Source of the DNA: Myxococcales bacterium
GTDB taxonomy: Bacteria > Myxococcota_A > Polyangia > Polyangiales > Polyangiaceae
Direction: 5' to 3'
DNA: 64,000 nt
Assembly: GCA_043747615.1 (NCBI GenBank)
Contig: JAYTOU010000077.1
Span: forward strand, 1 to 64,000
The notes beneath the pieces are model-generated. The model ran no database searches, was not told the DNA's origin, and saw only the letters and a list, made by a program, of their open reading frames with translations. Positions 1-8,130 of this stretch are shown here, piece by piece (the stretch's first letter is position 1; each line of letters opens with the position of its first letter). Position numbers and translations under genes: made by a program.

Positions 1-101
1 CACGACGGGGAAAGTGAAATGGCGTTTCTCCGCCGCAGACGCACGGATCAAGCTTCGCCGCCTATACCCTTCCATTCCGTAGAACCGAGGCACTAGGTCA
101 G

Positions 102-893
102 CTACGGGGCCGCGGCGGTCTTGCGGTTGATGGCGTCGAGCAAGGCTCGGACGCGCGACGCGAGCGGGCTGTGAGGGAAGTCTGCGAGGAACCCCTCGGC
201 GATCTGTTTCGCGCGCGCGTCTTCGCCGGTACGAGCGAGGGCTTCGATCCGGAGCGCCGTTGCGTCGGGGTTCATGAGGCCCTGAGCGAAGTCGCGATCG
301 TGGCCATCGAGGATGACCAGGGCTTTCGCAGACTCACCGCGGGCGATGGCCGTGCGGGCGCTCTCGATCGTCGCTCCCTCGGCGGCAGGGCTACTTTTTC
401 CGACCGCCTTCGCCGAGCCGCTCGCGGAAGGGGGGGGAGGATCCGGAAAGCTTCTGCGATCTCCGATGATTCCGGCGCTCACCGTGATGGTCGGAGCAGC
501 GTAGGCGGGCGGTGGCGGTTTGCGCGGAAGCGTCGACTCTTTTTCTGCGGCCACGCGCTCGCGCTCGCTCTTGGCGATCATCTGCGCAACGGACGACTCG
601 GTGGAGGTTGATTGTCTCATCGAACCCACGAAGCCGAACCAGCTTAGAATCAGGTATCCAACTCCGAACATCACCACGAGGACTGCGCCCGAGCGGAGGG
701 CCGCCATCGTCCCGCCCGCAGGTGGCGTCGGCGGCGTGGCACCTGCCGTGTTGAAGATCACGGGTAAGGGCTCGGGTGGTTTCGCGGAGACGGGCGGCTC
801 GACGACGGGGGCGGCGACAGATGCCGAAGTTTCTGCGGGCGCCACTGCATTCACCGCCGAGGGCGCGCCGGGGTCCTTCGTTTCGTCGTTCAT
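102..893 (-). CDS. Single-TM membrane protein with Pro-rich linkers and a C-terminal TPR-like helical domain (orphan anti-sigma-like protein)
   Basis: TM segment AVLVVMFGVGYLILSWFGFV. C-terminus ARTAIARGESAKALVILDGHDRDFAQG...FLADFPHSPLASRVR resembles the C-termini of 5194-6108 and 24005-24691. Confidence 0.7.
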   Translation of the reverse strand: MNDETKDPGAPSAVNAVAPAETSASVAAPVVEPPVSAKPPEPLPVIFNTAGATPPTPPAGGTMAALRSGAVLVVMFGVGYLILSWFGFVGSMRQSTSTESSVAQMIAKSERERVAAEKESTLPRKPPPPAYAAPTITVSAGIIGDRRSFPDPPPPSASGSAKAVGKSSPAAEGATIESARTAIARGESAKALVILDGHDRDFAQGLMNPDATALRIEALARTGEDARAKQIAEGFLADFPHSPLASRVRALLDAINRKTAAAP

Positions 894-1031
894 GGTGTGC
901 GCCCCATCATAGCCACAAATTGGTCCGTTCTCGATCGCCCAGCGTACCGTTTGCGTCGCGAGCCATTTCTCGACGCCGCTCCGTCTCTCGGTGCTGCGAA
1001 AAAGTGAATGTGGCCTGCCACGGAGCCAAGC

Positions 1032-3440
1032 ATGAACGGGTCAAAAACGCCGGCGATCCCCACCGTCCTGGCGATGCGGGCAATCGGTCGCGCCCGGCGT
1101 ATCGCTGCGATGGGCTTTGGTGCCCTCCTTCTCGCCTCCGCCCCGGCGCTGGCCGATGGTACCGACATCCCCCGCGATCAGGTCCGGGTCGCCACTCCAA
1201 ACCATGTGCGGGACGTCAAAGTCCACGCAGCCGCCGGCATTCCGGGCGGGATCGAAATCGAAGTCCTAGGCACGACCCCCCCGACCTTCAACGTGCGCCT
1301 GGCGGACGCCGGAAAACGCCTTTTCATCGATCTCTCCAACTCGGATGTAGCAGGAGCTCCCGAAGCGCTCACCAACCTGACGGGCGTCGTCGGCGGAATC
1401 CAAACCCAAGCCTTCAACAACGAGAGCGGACTCCTCACGCGCCTCTCCGTTAGCCTCTCGCAGCAAGCAACCTACCGCGTGCGCGCCGACGGAACGACGC
1501 TGCACGTAACGCTCACTCCGAGCGCTCCGGGCGCGGCTCCTTCCGGCGACCTTAAAGCGAAGACCGGCGCAGAATCACTCGCCGAAGTACGCGACGTCCG
1601 CTTCGAGCGCGCCCCCGCGGCGGCTTGCACGCGCGGTTGCGATCGGGTGATCGTCGCCCTCTCAGGAACTCCGTCGTACGCGCTGACCACCACGCTCGGC
1701 GGCCGCGTCCGCCTCGAAATGAAATCGACGCGGATGCCCGAGGCGCTCACGCGCACGCTCGACGTGAGCTCGTACCAGGGCTTCCTCCACAACGTGAGTG
1801 CGTTTCAGGATGCGACCACCGGAGCGGCGATCGTGGAGATCGATCGAACGGGAGAGGCGCAAGGCACCGTCACCGTCGACAACGGTCAGCTCGTCTGGGC
1901 GTTCGACGCCCCGAAGCAGAGCGCCATGCCGTCCCCCATCGCGAACGGGCGCATCGCCCGCGACGGCGGCGCCATGAAGCACGTCACCACCCTTGCGCGC
2001 GATCCGAGCGCCCCGGAGCAACCCCGGATCGAGACCTCGATCCACGGTGGGGAAGACGCAACGGTCCAGACGATCGGCGGCGGACAAGCGGGTTTTGCCT
2101 CTGGTACTTCCGCGCAGGCCGCGGGGGGAAACGGGCGATTTTCGGGCCGTCGCATCGATCTCGACCTGAAGGACGCGGACATCCACAACATCCTTCGCCT
2201 CCTCGCCGACGTTGGTCGCGTGAACATCGTCACCGCCGACGACGTCTCGGGCAACGTCACCATCCGCATGCGCAACGTCCCCTGGGACCAAGCGCTCGAC
2301 GTCGTCCTTCAAGCCAAGGGCCTCGGGATGATCCGGAGCGGAAACCTCATTCGCGTCGCACCGCTCGCCGCGCTGCAAAAAGAGCGGGAATTGCGTCTTG
2401 CGCAGCAAAAGCAGGAGCTGGAGCTCGCGCCCCTCGAGACGAGGCTGATTCCGGTGAGCTACGCCACGGCCGACGAGCTTCAGGCCCGAGCGAAGGATTT
2501 TCTCTCCCCGCGCGGCTCTATCGCCGTCGACGAACGAACGAACGTCCTCATCGCGAGAGACGTCGCCGGCAACTTGAATCACATCGAAGAGCTGGTGCGC
2601 TCGCTCGACACGCAGACTCCGCAGGTGCTCGTCGAAGCGCGCATCGTGGAAGCCACGAGCAAGTACCTCCGCGACGTCGGTATCCAGTGGGGTGGTGACG
2701 CCACCTTCAGCGAGGCCACCGGAAATCCGACCGGAGTCGCCTTCCCGTCACGCGTCGGCGTCGCCGGCGGTAACTACGACAACGGCACTCCGACCCAGGG
2801 TCTGTCGCCGTTCCAGTCGAAGATCGCCAACCCGAATTTTGCCGTCAACCTTCCCGCCGCTGCAGGTACCGGGCAAGGCGGCGCTCTCGGTCTGTCCTTC
2901 GGCTCGCTCGACAACACGCTCAATCTCGCGGTGCGTCTGTCCGCCGCCGAATCGAGCGGCATGCTCCGCATCGTGTCGAGCCCGCGAATCCTCACCCTCG
3001 ACAACCGCGAAGCGCGCATCAATCAAGGCACGCTCATTCCGTTCGCGCAGGTCAGCGCCCAAGGCGTTCAGACCACCTTTCAGGAAGCGAAGCTGCAGCT
3101 CCTCGTGAAGCCGCACGTCACCGCGGATGGCTCGGTCGCCATGCACGTGAAGATCAACCGCGATGAGCCCGACTTCAACCAGACCTCGGCCCGCGGCGAT
3201 CCCACGATCTTGAAGCGCGAAGCAGAGACCGATCTTCTCGTGATGGACGGACACACCGCGGTCATCGGCGGAATCTTCACCCGGAACACCGGCCGCAACC
3301 TCGACCAGGTTCCCTTCTTTGGTGACATCCCGATCCTCGGCGTCCTCTTTCAGCGTCGTCGCGCCAGCGATTCGCGTAACGAGCTCGTCATCTTTCTCAC
3401 CCCGCGGATCGTCAACCGGGCCGAAGCCCTCGGTCGCTGA
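1032..3440 (+). CDS. pilQ: Type IV pilus secretin PilQ with N-terminal AMIN-like domains
   Basis: RIDLDLKDADIHNILRLL, VPWDQALDVVL, DERTNVLI, QVLVEARIVEA, SPRILTLDN, GDIPILGVLF...ELVIFLTPRIV. ATG 1032 follows GGAG. Confidence 0.95.
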   Translation: MNGSKTPAIPTVLAMRAIGRARRIAAMGFGALLLASAPALADGTDIPRDQVRVATPNHVRDVKVHAAAGIPGGIEIEVLGTTPPTFNVRLADAGKRLFIDLSNSDVAGAPEALTNLTGVVGGIQTQAFNNESGLLTRLSVSLSQQATYRVRADGTTLHVTLTPSAPGAAPSGDLKAKTGAESLAEVRDVRFERAPAAACTRGCDRVIVALSGTPSYALTTTLGGRVRLEMKSTRMPEALTRTLDVSSYQGFLHNVSAFQDATTGAAIVEIDRTGEAQGTVTVDNGQLVWAFDAPKQSAMPSPIANGRIARDGGAMKHVTTLARDPSAPEQPRIETSIHGGEDATVQTIGGGQAGFASGTSAQAAGGNGRFSGRRIDLDLKDADIHNILRLLADVGRVNIVTADDVSGNVTIRMRNVPWDQALDVVLQAKGLGMIRSGNLIRVAPLAALQKERELRLAQQKQELELAPLETRLIPVSYATADELQARAKDFLSPRGSIAVDERTNVLIARDVAGNLNHIEELVRSLDTQTPQVLVEARIVEATSKYLRDVGIQWGGDATFSEATGNPTGVAFPSRVGVAGGNYDNGTPTQGLSPFQSKIANPNFAVNLPAAAGTGQGGALGLSFGSLDNTLNLAVRLSAAESSGMLRIVSSPRILTLDNREARINQGTLIPFAQVSAQGVQTTFQEAKLQLLVKPHVTADGSVAMHVKINRDEPDFNQTSARGDPTILKREAETDLLVMDGHTAVIGGIFTRNTGRNLDQVPFFGDIPILGVLFQRRRASDSRNELVIFLTPRIVNRAEALGR

Positions 3441-3461
3441 GCACACCCTCAACCGCGGCTG

Positions 3462-4511
3462 ATGTACGTTCGCGCTATGGCCGACATGGCGGCGCTGCGG
3501 AGATGTCGTGCGTTCGCGGTGGCCGCTGCGGCGCTTGCGTTCGCGTTTTTTCTGGCTCAAGGCGCTCTGGCCGACGGATCGTTCACCCTCGATTGGCGGG
3601 CGCCGGCGGAGTGTCCCGACGGAAAAACCGTGGAGCGAGAGGTGAGCAGGCTCCTTGGAGGGGCACCCGCCGCGGTCCCGATTGCAGCCGTGGCCGAGGT
3701 GACCCACGAAGAGGCGCGCTGGCGGGTACAGCTCCGCACACAAAGCGCTGAAAATACGGGTGATCGCGCGATCGAGAGCGACACTTGCCGAGAGCTCGCG
3801 GACGCGACCGCGCTCGTCCTCGCCATGGCCATCGACCCTGCTCGCGTAGCGGCGACACGTGCCTCGCCCGTCATCGTGGTCCCGCCAGACGCTGGCATCG
3901 ACGCATCGACGTCCGTCATCGTGGTCCCTCCCTCCACCCCCGCGACCGCGCCGCCCACCCGCGCCGCGACGGAGCCCCCGAGCGCTCCACCGGGACCCCC
4001 GCCGCCCCGCAAGACGTTCGCGATCGGTCCCTACGTTCTTGGCGATATCGGGACATTGCCGAACCCGGGCGTCGGTCCGGCCTTGGCGTTCGCCTGGACC
4101 CCGGGGGCCCTCAGACTCCAGCTCACGGGCCTCTTTTTCCCCTCGAATACGGCACGTTTACCATTTTCTCGGGGGGGCACCTTCGAGCTTTTCGGGGCAG
4201 ACGCCGGGGGTTGTTATGAATTTCTCTTCGGGGTCTTCGAGGCTGGTCCTTGCCTCGGCGTGGAGCTGGGCGCCCTCAAAGGGACGGGCTTCGGCATCAA
4301 CAAGCAGACGCCGGCCCTCGCTTTTTGGGCGGCGCCGTCGGTCGGTGCGGCCTTCGCGTGGCGAATCGGAAGCTCTTTTGCGCTGCGTTTGGAGCTCGAC
4401 GCGCTTTTCCCGCTCCAGCGGCCGGAGTTCGTCCTCGACGGAGTGGGGGGAGTGCATCGCCCTGCCGCGGTGCTAGGACGAGTCGGGCTCGGAGCGGAAG
4501 TTCGTTTTTAG
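3462..4511 (+). CDS. Secreted protein with N-terminal Cys-pair domain, Pro linker and C-terminal putative outer-membrane beta-barrel (module 1, gene A)
   Basis: Signal peptide ending ALA-D; WRAPAECPD...CRELADATALVLAMAIDP; alternating beta-strand pattern; C-terminal Phe (GAEVRF). Start may be 3477 or 3486. Confidence 0.7.
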   Translation: MYVRAMADMAALRRCRAFAVAAAALAFAFFLAQGALADGSFTLDWRAPAECPDGKTVEREVSRLLGGAPAAVPIAAVAEVTHEEARWRVQLRTQSAENTGDRAIESDTCRELADATALVLAMAIDPARVAATRASPVIVVPPDAGIDASTSVIVVPPSTPATAPPTRAATEPPSAPPGPPPPRKTFAIGPYVLGDIGTLPNPGVGPALAFAWTPGALRLQLTGLFFPSNTARLPFSRGGTFELFGADAGGCYEFLFGVFEAGPCLGVELGALKGTGFGINKQTPALAFWAAPSVGAAFAWRIGSSFALRLELDALFPLQRPEFVLDGVGGVHRPAAVLGRVGLGAEVRF

Positions 4512-4543
4512 TCACGGAACCCCCGATGTCAGGCCACTCACCT
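4511..4543 (+). promoter_or_regulatory. Putative ECF promoter GTCACGG-N14-GGCCACT upstream of the sigma gene
   Basis: Same bipartite motif with identical spacing at 19284-19311 (+) and 26241-26268 (-). Confidence 0.6.
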
Positions 4544-4546
4544 AAC

Positions 4547-5197
4547 GTGCCCAGCTCTGCAGCAACCGCCGCGCTTCCGCATCTCGCGGCGCCGGTGCGG
4601 TTGGGAGTCGACAGCGAACCGAGCCCCGCACCCGCCGAGGAAGGCCCGACATGCACGTTCGACGAGGTCTACGGCACGTACTTCCCCTTCGTTTGGCGCA
4701 GCGTGCGCAGGCTCGGCGTCCCCGAGCGAGCAGTGGACGACGTCGTGCAGGACGTTTTCGTGGTCGTGCATCGTCGGCTCAGCGATTTCGAGGGGCGATC
4801 CTCCGTGAAAACATGGCTCTTCGGGATCGTCCTGCGCACGGTTCGCGATCATCGGCGCACGCTCCGGCGCAAGCCTGGGCAGCTTGGCACACCCCAATGC
4901 GAGGGCAGCGACGGCACGGGGATGGACTGCCTCACGGCGTCGAACGATGACGGGCCTCACGAATCTGCGGCAAAGGCCCAGGCTGTGCGCCTCCTCCACG
5001 TCCTTCTCGACACGCTCGATGACGAAAAGCGCGAAGTTTTCGTGCTCGCCGAGCTCGAGCAGATGGCCGTCCCCGAAATCGCCATGGCGATCGACGTCAA
5101 CGCAAACACGGTTTACGCCCGGCTCCGCGCCGCGCGGCACGCATTCGACGAAGCCCTCGCCCGCCATCACGCGCGCGACGGATGGAGGCTGAAGTGA
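4547..5197 (+). CDS. ECF RNA polymerase sigma factor (module 1, gene B)
   Basis: Sigma2 FVWRSVRRLGV...DDVVQDVF...WLFGI; sigma4 REVFVLAELEQMAVPEIA...NTVYARLRAAR. In-frame GTG 4547 lies just after the promoter motif; alternative ATG at 4526. Confidence 0.93.
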   Translation: MPSSAATAALPHLAAPVRLGVDSEPSPAPAEEGPTCTFDEVYGTYFPFVWRSVRRLGVPERAVDDVVQDVFVVVHRRLSDFEGRSSVKTWLFGIVLRTVRDHRRTLRRKPGQLGTPQCEGSDGTGMDCLTASNDDGPHESAAKAQAVRLLHVLLDTLDDEKREVFVLAELEQMAVPEIAMAIDVNANTVYARLRAARHAFDEALARHHARDGWRLK

Positions 5198-6108
5198 GCG
5201 ATCTAAGTCCGCAAGCGGAAGCGCTGCTCGAAATTTCGCGAGCAGGAGACGACCCTACGGGGCGTGATCGAACGCGCGTACGAAACGCGCTCGCGACGCG
5301 AATTGCGCTCGGCGTGGCGACAGGCGCGGCGGTCGCCACGATTTCGAAGACCGCAGCCTCGGCCGCAGCAAGCTCCGTATCGACGGCCCCCATCGCGGCG
5401 ACGGCAGCAACGGTGGCGGCAGCAAGTGCCACGACCGCAGCAAGCGTCACGACCGCAGCAAGCGTCGGAATTTCTGCGTTCGGCGCAAAGCTTCTCGTCT
5501 CCGTGGCGCTGGTTGGTGCGATCGGAGCCGGCACCGCGACGTACACGACTCACCACGCAGCGCAGCCGAGGAGCTCCGAAGTCACGCTCCTCGAGGCCAA
5601 TAAGACTCCGCTGGTCAGCCCCACGGCCGCACTCAGGCCTCGCGCGATCAACCCGATCAACCCGATCAACCCGAGCGCCATCACCGAGAGACCCGCTGCT
5701 TCGGAAGCCATGCCCCCCGCGCCGATCGCCGTGGCGCCTGCTTCTCCGCCGACCTCGCGCGTGGCAAGCCCCGCTCTGATCGCGAATCCCGTCACTGCGG
5801 CGGCGGCGGTCGAGGCTCTTCCGAGAGCGTCATCACTCTCCGACGAAATCGCTCTTCTGCAGAACGCCCATGCGGCTCTCCAGTCAGGCTCCGGAGCGCA
5901 GGCCCTCGTAATTCTCGACGATCACGCTCGCCGCTTTCCTCATGGCGCTCTCTCCGAGGAGCGTGAGGCCTCGCGCGTGTCGGCGCTTTGCAAGCTCGGC
6001 CGCACCGAGGACGCACGCGTTCAGGCGGCGGATTTCCTGCGCGATCACCCACGCTCCCCGCAGGCACCGGCTGTGCGCGCATCGTGCGCAAGAGACGAAG
6101 GCAAATAG
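5194..6108 (+). CDS. Putative membrane anti-sigma factor with C-terminal TPR-like domain (module 1, gene C)
   Basis: GTGA overlap with the sigma stop; N-terminal LSPQAEALL; Ala-rich region and TM segment; Pro linker; SLSDEIALLQNAHAAL...FPHGALSEERE...HPRSP. Confidence 0.75.
   Translation: MSDLSPQAEALLEISRAGDDPTGRDRTRVRNALATRIALGVATGAAVATISKTAASAAASSVSTAPIAATAATVAAASATTAASVTTAASVGISAFGAKLLVSVALVGAIGAGTATYTTHHAAQPRSSEVTLLEANKTPLVSPTAALRPRAINPINPINPSAITERPAASEAMPPAPIAVAPASPPTSRVASPALIANPVTAAAAVEALPRASSLSDEIALLQNAHAALQSGSGAQALVILDDHARRFPHGALSEEREASRVSALCKLGRTEDARVQAADFLRDHPRSPQAPAVRASCARDEGK
5430..5465 (+). repeat. 18-bp tandem duplication CACGACCGCAGCAAGCGT x2 (in frame)
   Basis: Read directly; encodes TTAASV twice. 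Confidence 0.9.
5646..5672 (+). repeat. 9-bp tandem repeat GATCAACCC x3 (in frame)
   Basis: Read directly; encodes INPINPINP in the linker. Confidence 0.9.
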
Positions 6109-6143
6109 CGCCCACGCAACGAGAAGCTCGCTATAAGCGCCGT

Positions 6144-7289
6144 GTGCGCGCGCGCGTGATCGTCGAGCTGATTGTCGTTACCCTCGGAGCCACCGCGCTT
6201 GCTTGGTCGTGGTGCGCCGACCCAGCCTGGTTCCTACGGCACTGGTTCACCTACCCGTACTCGTGGGTCTTGGAAGAGCCCGCCCGCAGGGCTGCGCGCA
6301 ACTGGCGGATCCTCGGCGCGGTCGTCGGCGTTGCTTTGCTCGTCGTCGTGCGTCCGCTCCTTGGTCGCTGGGCTGGGCGGCACACGCGCGCCGAGGTGGC
6401 CGACGCGTTCGTGCGGATCGGTCTTTCGGTACTGGCCGCCCTCGTCTCGAGCGAGATCGCCTTGCGCGCGTTCGATTTGCCCAAAAAACCAGACAAAGCG
6501 CAGTGGGTCGAGGTGAAGATCGGCGAGCCGGATCCGCGCTACGGATGGCGCTACATAGGCTCGCACGCGACGACGCTCTCGCAGGGCGGGCGAGACATCG
6601 AGTATGCGATCAATGCGGAGCACGCCCGCGCGCGGTCGATCGACGCTCTTCCCGATCCCACCCTCCCCACGCTGATTTTCACGGGCGAGTCGATCACCGC
6701 GGGTCACGGACTCCACTACGAGGAGACGTTTCCGGCCCTCGCAGGCGAGGCGCTGAAGCTCCAGGTCGTCAATCTCGGGGTTCACGGCTACGGGAGCGAT
6801 CAGGCCTTTCTCCGCCTCGCCGAGACCTTGCCGCGCTTCCAGCATCCCGCGGCGATCGTCACCTTCTTCATTCCGGCGATGCTCTGGCGTCTGTCCGAAT
6901 ACGATCATCCGCATCTGGGCTTCGACGGCCTCGAGCCGAAGGTCGTTCCCGTCTCGTTCCTGCATGATCTACGGCTCGAGCGGATGCGGAAAAATCTCAT
7001 CTCTTACCGCGACGAGCTCGCCCTCGCCGCGAAGATCTTCCGCGAGACGGCGAGGCTGGCCCACGAGCGCGGAGCAAAGGCCATCTTCGTCGCGCCGCGC
7101 TTCAACGATCAGGATCCGCGCGAGGACCGCTACCTGATCGACGAGCTCTTCGCGCAGCAAGGACTCACCGTGCTCGACACCAGCTTCGGCTACCAGGCCA
7201 TCGTGAACGACAACCACCCCGATGCTCCCTCGCAGCGCCGGCTGGCAGACGCCGTCGTCGGGACCCTTCGCGCAGAGCTCGCGAAATAA
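6144..7289 (+). CDS. Membrane-anchored SGNH/GDSL-like hydrolase or acyltransferase domain protein
   Basis: Three N-terminal TM segments; TGESITAG (block I), NLGVHGYG (block II), NDNHP (block V). Start approximate. Confidence 0.7.
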   Translation: MRARVIVELIVVTLGATALAWSWCADPAWFLRHWFTYPYSWVLEEPARRAARNWRILGAVVGVALLVVVRPLLGRWAGRHTRAEVADAFVRIGLSVLAALVSSEIALRAFDLPKKPDKAQWVEVKIGEPDPRYGWRYIGSHATTLSQGGRDIEYAINAEHARARSIDALPDPTLPTLIFTGESITAGHGLHYEETFPALAGEALKLQVVNLGVHGYGSDQAFLRLAETLPRFQHPAAIVTFFIPAMLWRLSEYDHPHLGFDGLEPKVVPVSFLHDLRLERMRKNLISYRDELALAAKIFRETARLAHERGAKAIFVAPRFNDQDPREDRYLIDELFAQQGLTVLDTSFGYQAIVNDNHPDAPSQRRLADAVVGTLRAELAK

Positions 7290-7290
7290 G

Positions 7291-8130
7291 TCAGGCGTCG
7301 AACGGACGGAACGCGGCGCCCATCCGCTCGAGCTCTGCGAAGTCCACCCGCGGATTCTGATTGAGCAGGCTGATGAGGCTATCGCTGCGAATGCGACTCT
7401 TCAAGCCGAGGCTCTCCACTGCCTTCAAGCTCCACAGAATCGGACTAGAGAAGACCGGGACGAAGCGCGCGTTTCGCCCTTTTTTTGCAGCCATTCGGCG
7501 AAGGACCTCGCGGAAGGGGAGGCCGTCCTTCGAGGCCGCGGTGATCGGCTCGCATGCCGCAAAATCCCGCGTGCACAGCTGATAGACCATGCGCGCGAGG
7601 TCCTCGGCGTGGCACGGGTAGCACATCTGACTTCCGGCAATGAGCGGGATGATCGGGCTAAATTGCGTGATCTTGCTGAGGGCTCCGACGATGCCGCGGG
7701 GCTCTCCTTGATCGTAGACGAGGCCGGGTCGGATGGAGATGACGCCATTCGGCTGCGACGCTTTTTCCACCGCGAGCTTCGCCTGGCCGTACATCGATTT
7801 GCAGCCGTCGAATGCGGCGAGGCTGGAGATGAAAATGATCTTCGGCACGTGCGCGCTGGCAAAGAGCTTGAGCGAGCCGTCCACGTTGACGCGCTTGATC
7901 TCGTGCCAGGTGCGGGCCGCAAAATCGTATGCACAATGCACGAGTACGTCGACGCCGGCGAGCGCGCCCGGGGGAAGGTCCTCGCCGAGAACGAAGCGGG
8001 TCTTCGAGGTGCCGCGCCGATTGAGCTCGACGACGTCGACGCCTTGCGATCGAAGGTAGTTCGCGATGCACGCCCCGACGTAGCCGTTCGCTCCGGTGAT
8101 CGCACAACGGACGGTTTTATTGGTCGCCAT
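7291..8130 (-). CDS. NAD-dependent epimerase/dehydratase (extended SDR)
   Basis: ITGANGYVG, VLVHCA, FISS, YGQAK (YxxxK). Confidence 0.88.
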   Translation of the reverse strand: MATNKTVRCAITGANGYVGACIANYLRSQGVDVVELNRRGTSKTRFVLGEDLPPGALAGVDVLVHCAYDFAARTWHEIKRVNVDGSLKLFASAHVPKIIFISSLAAFDGCKSMYGQAKLAVEKASQPNGVISIRPGLVYDQGEPRGIVGALSKITQFSPIIPLIAGSQMCYPCHAEDLARMVYQLCTRDFAACEPITAASKDGLPFREVLRRMAAKKGRNARFVPVFSSPILWSLKAVESLGLKSRIRSDSLISLLNQNPRVDFAELERMGAAFRPFDA

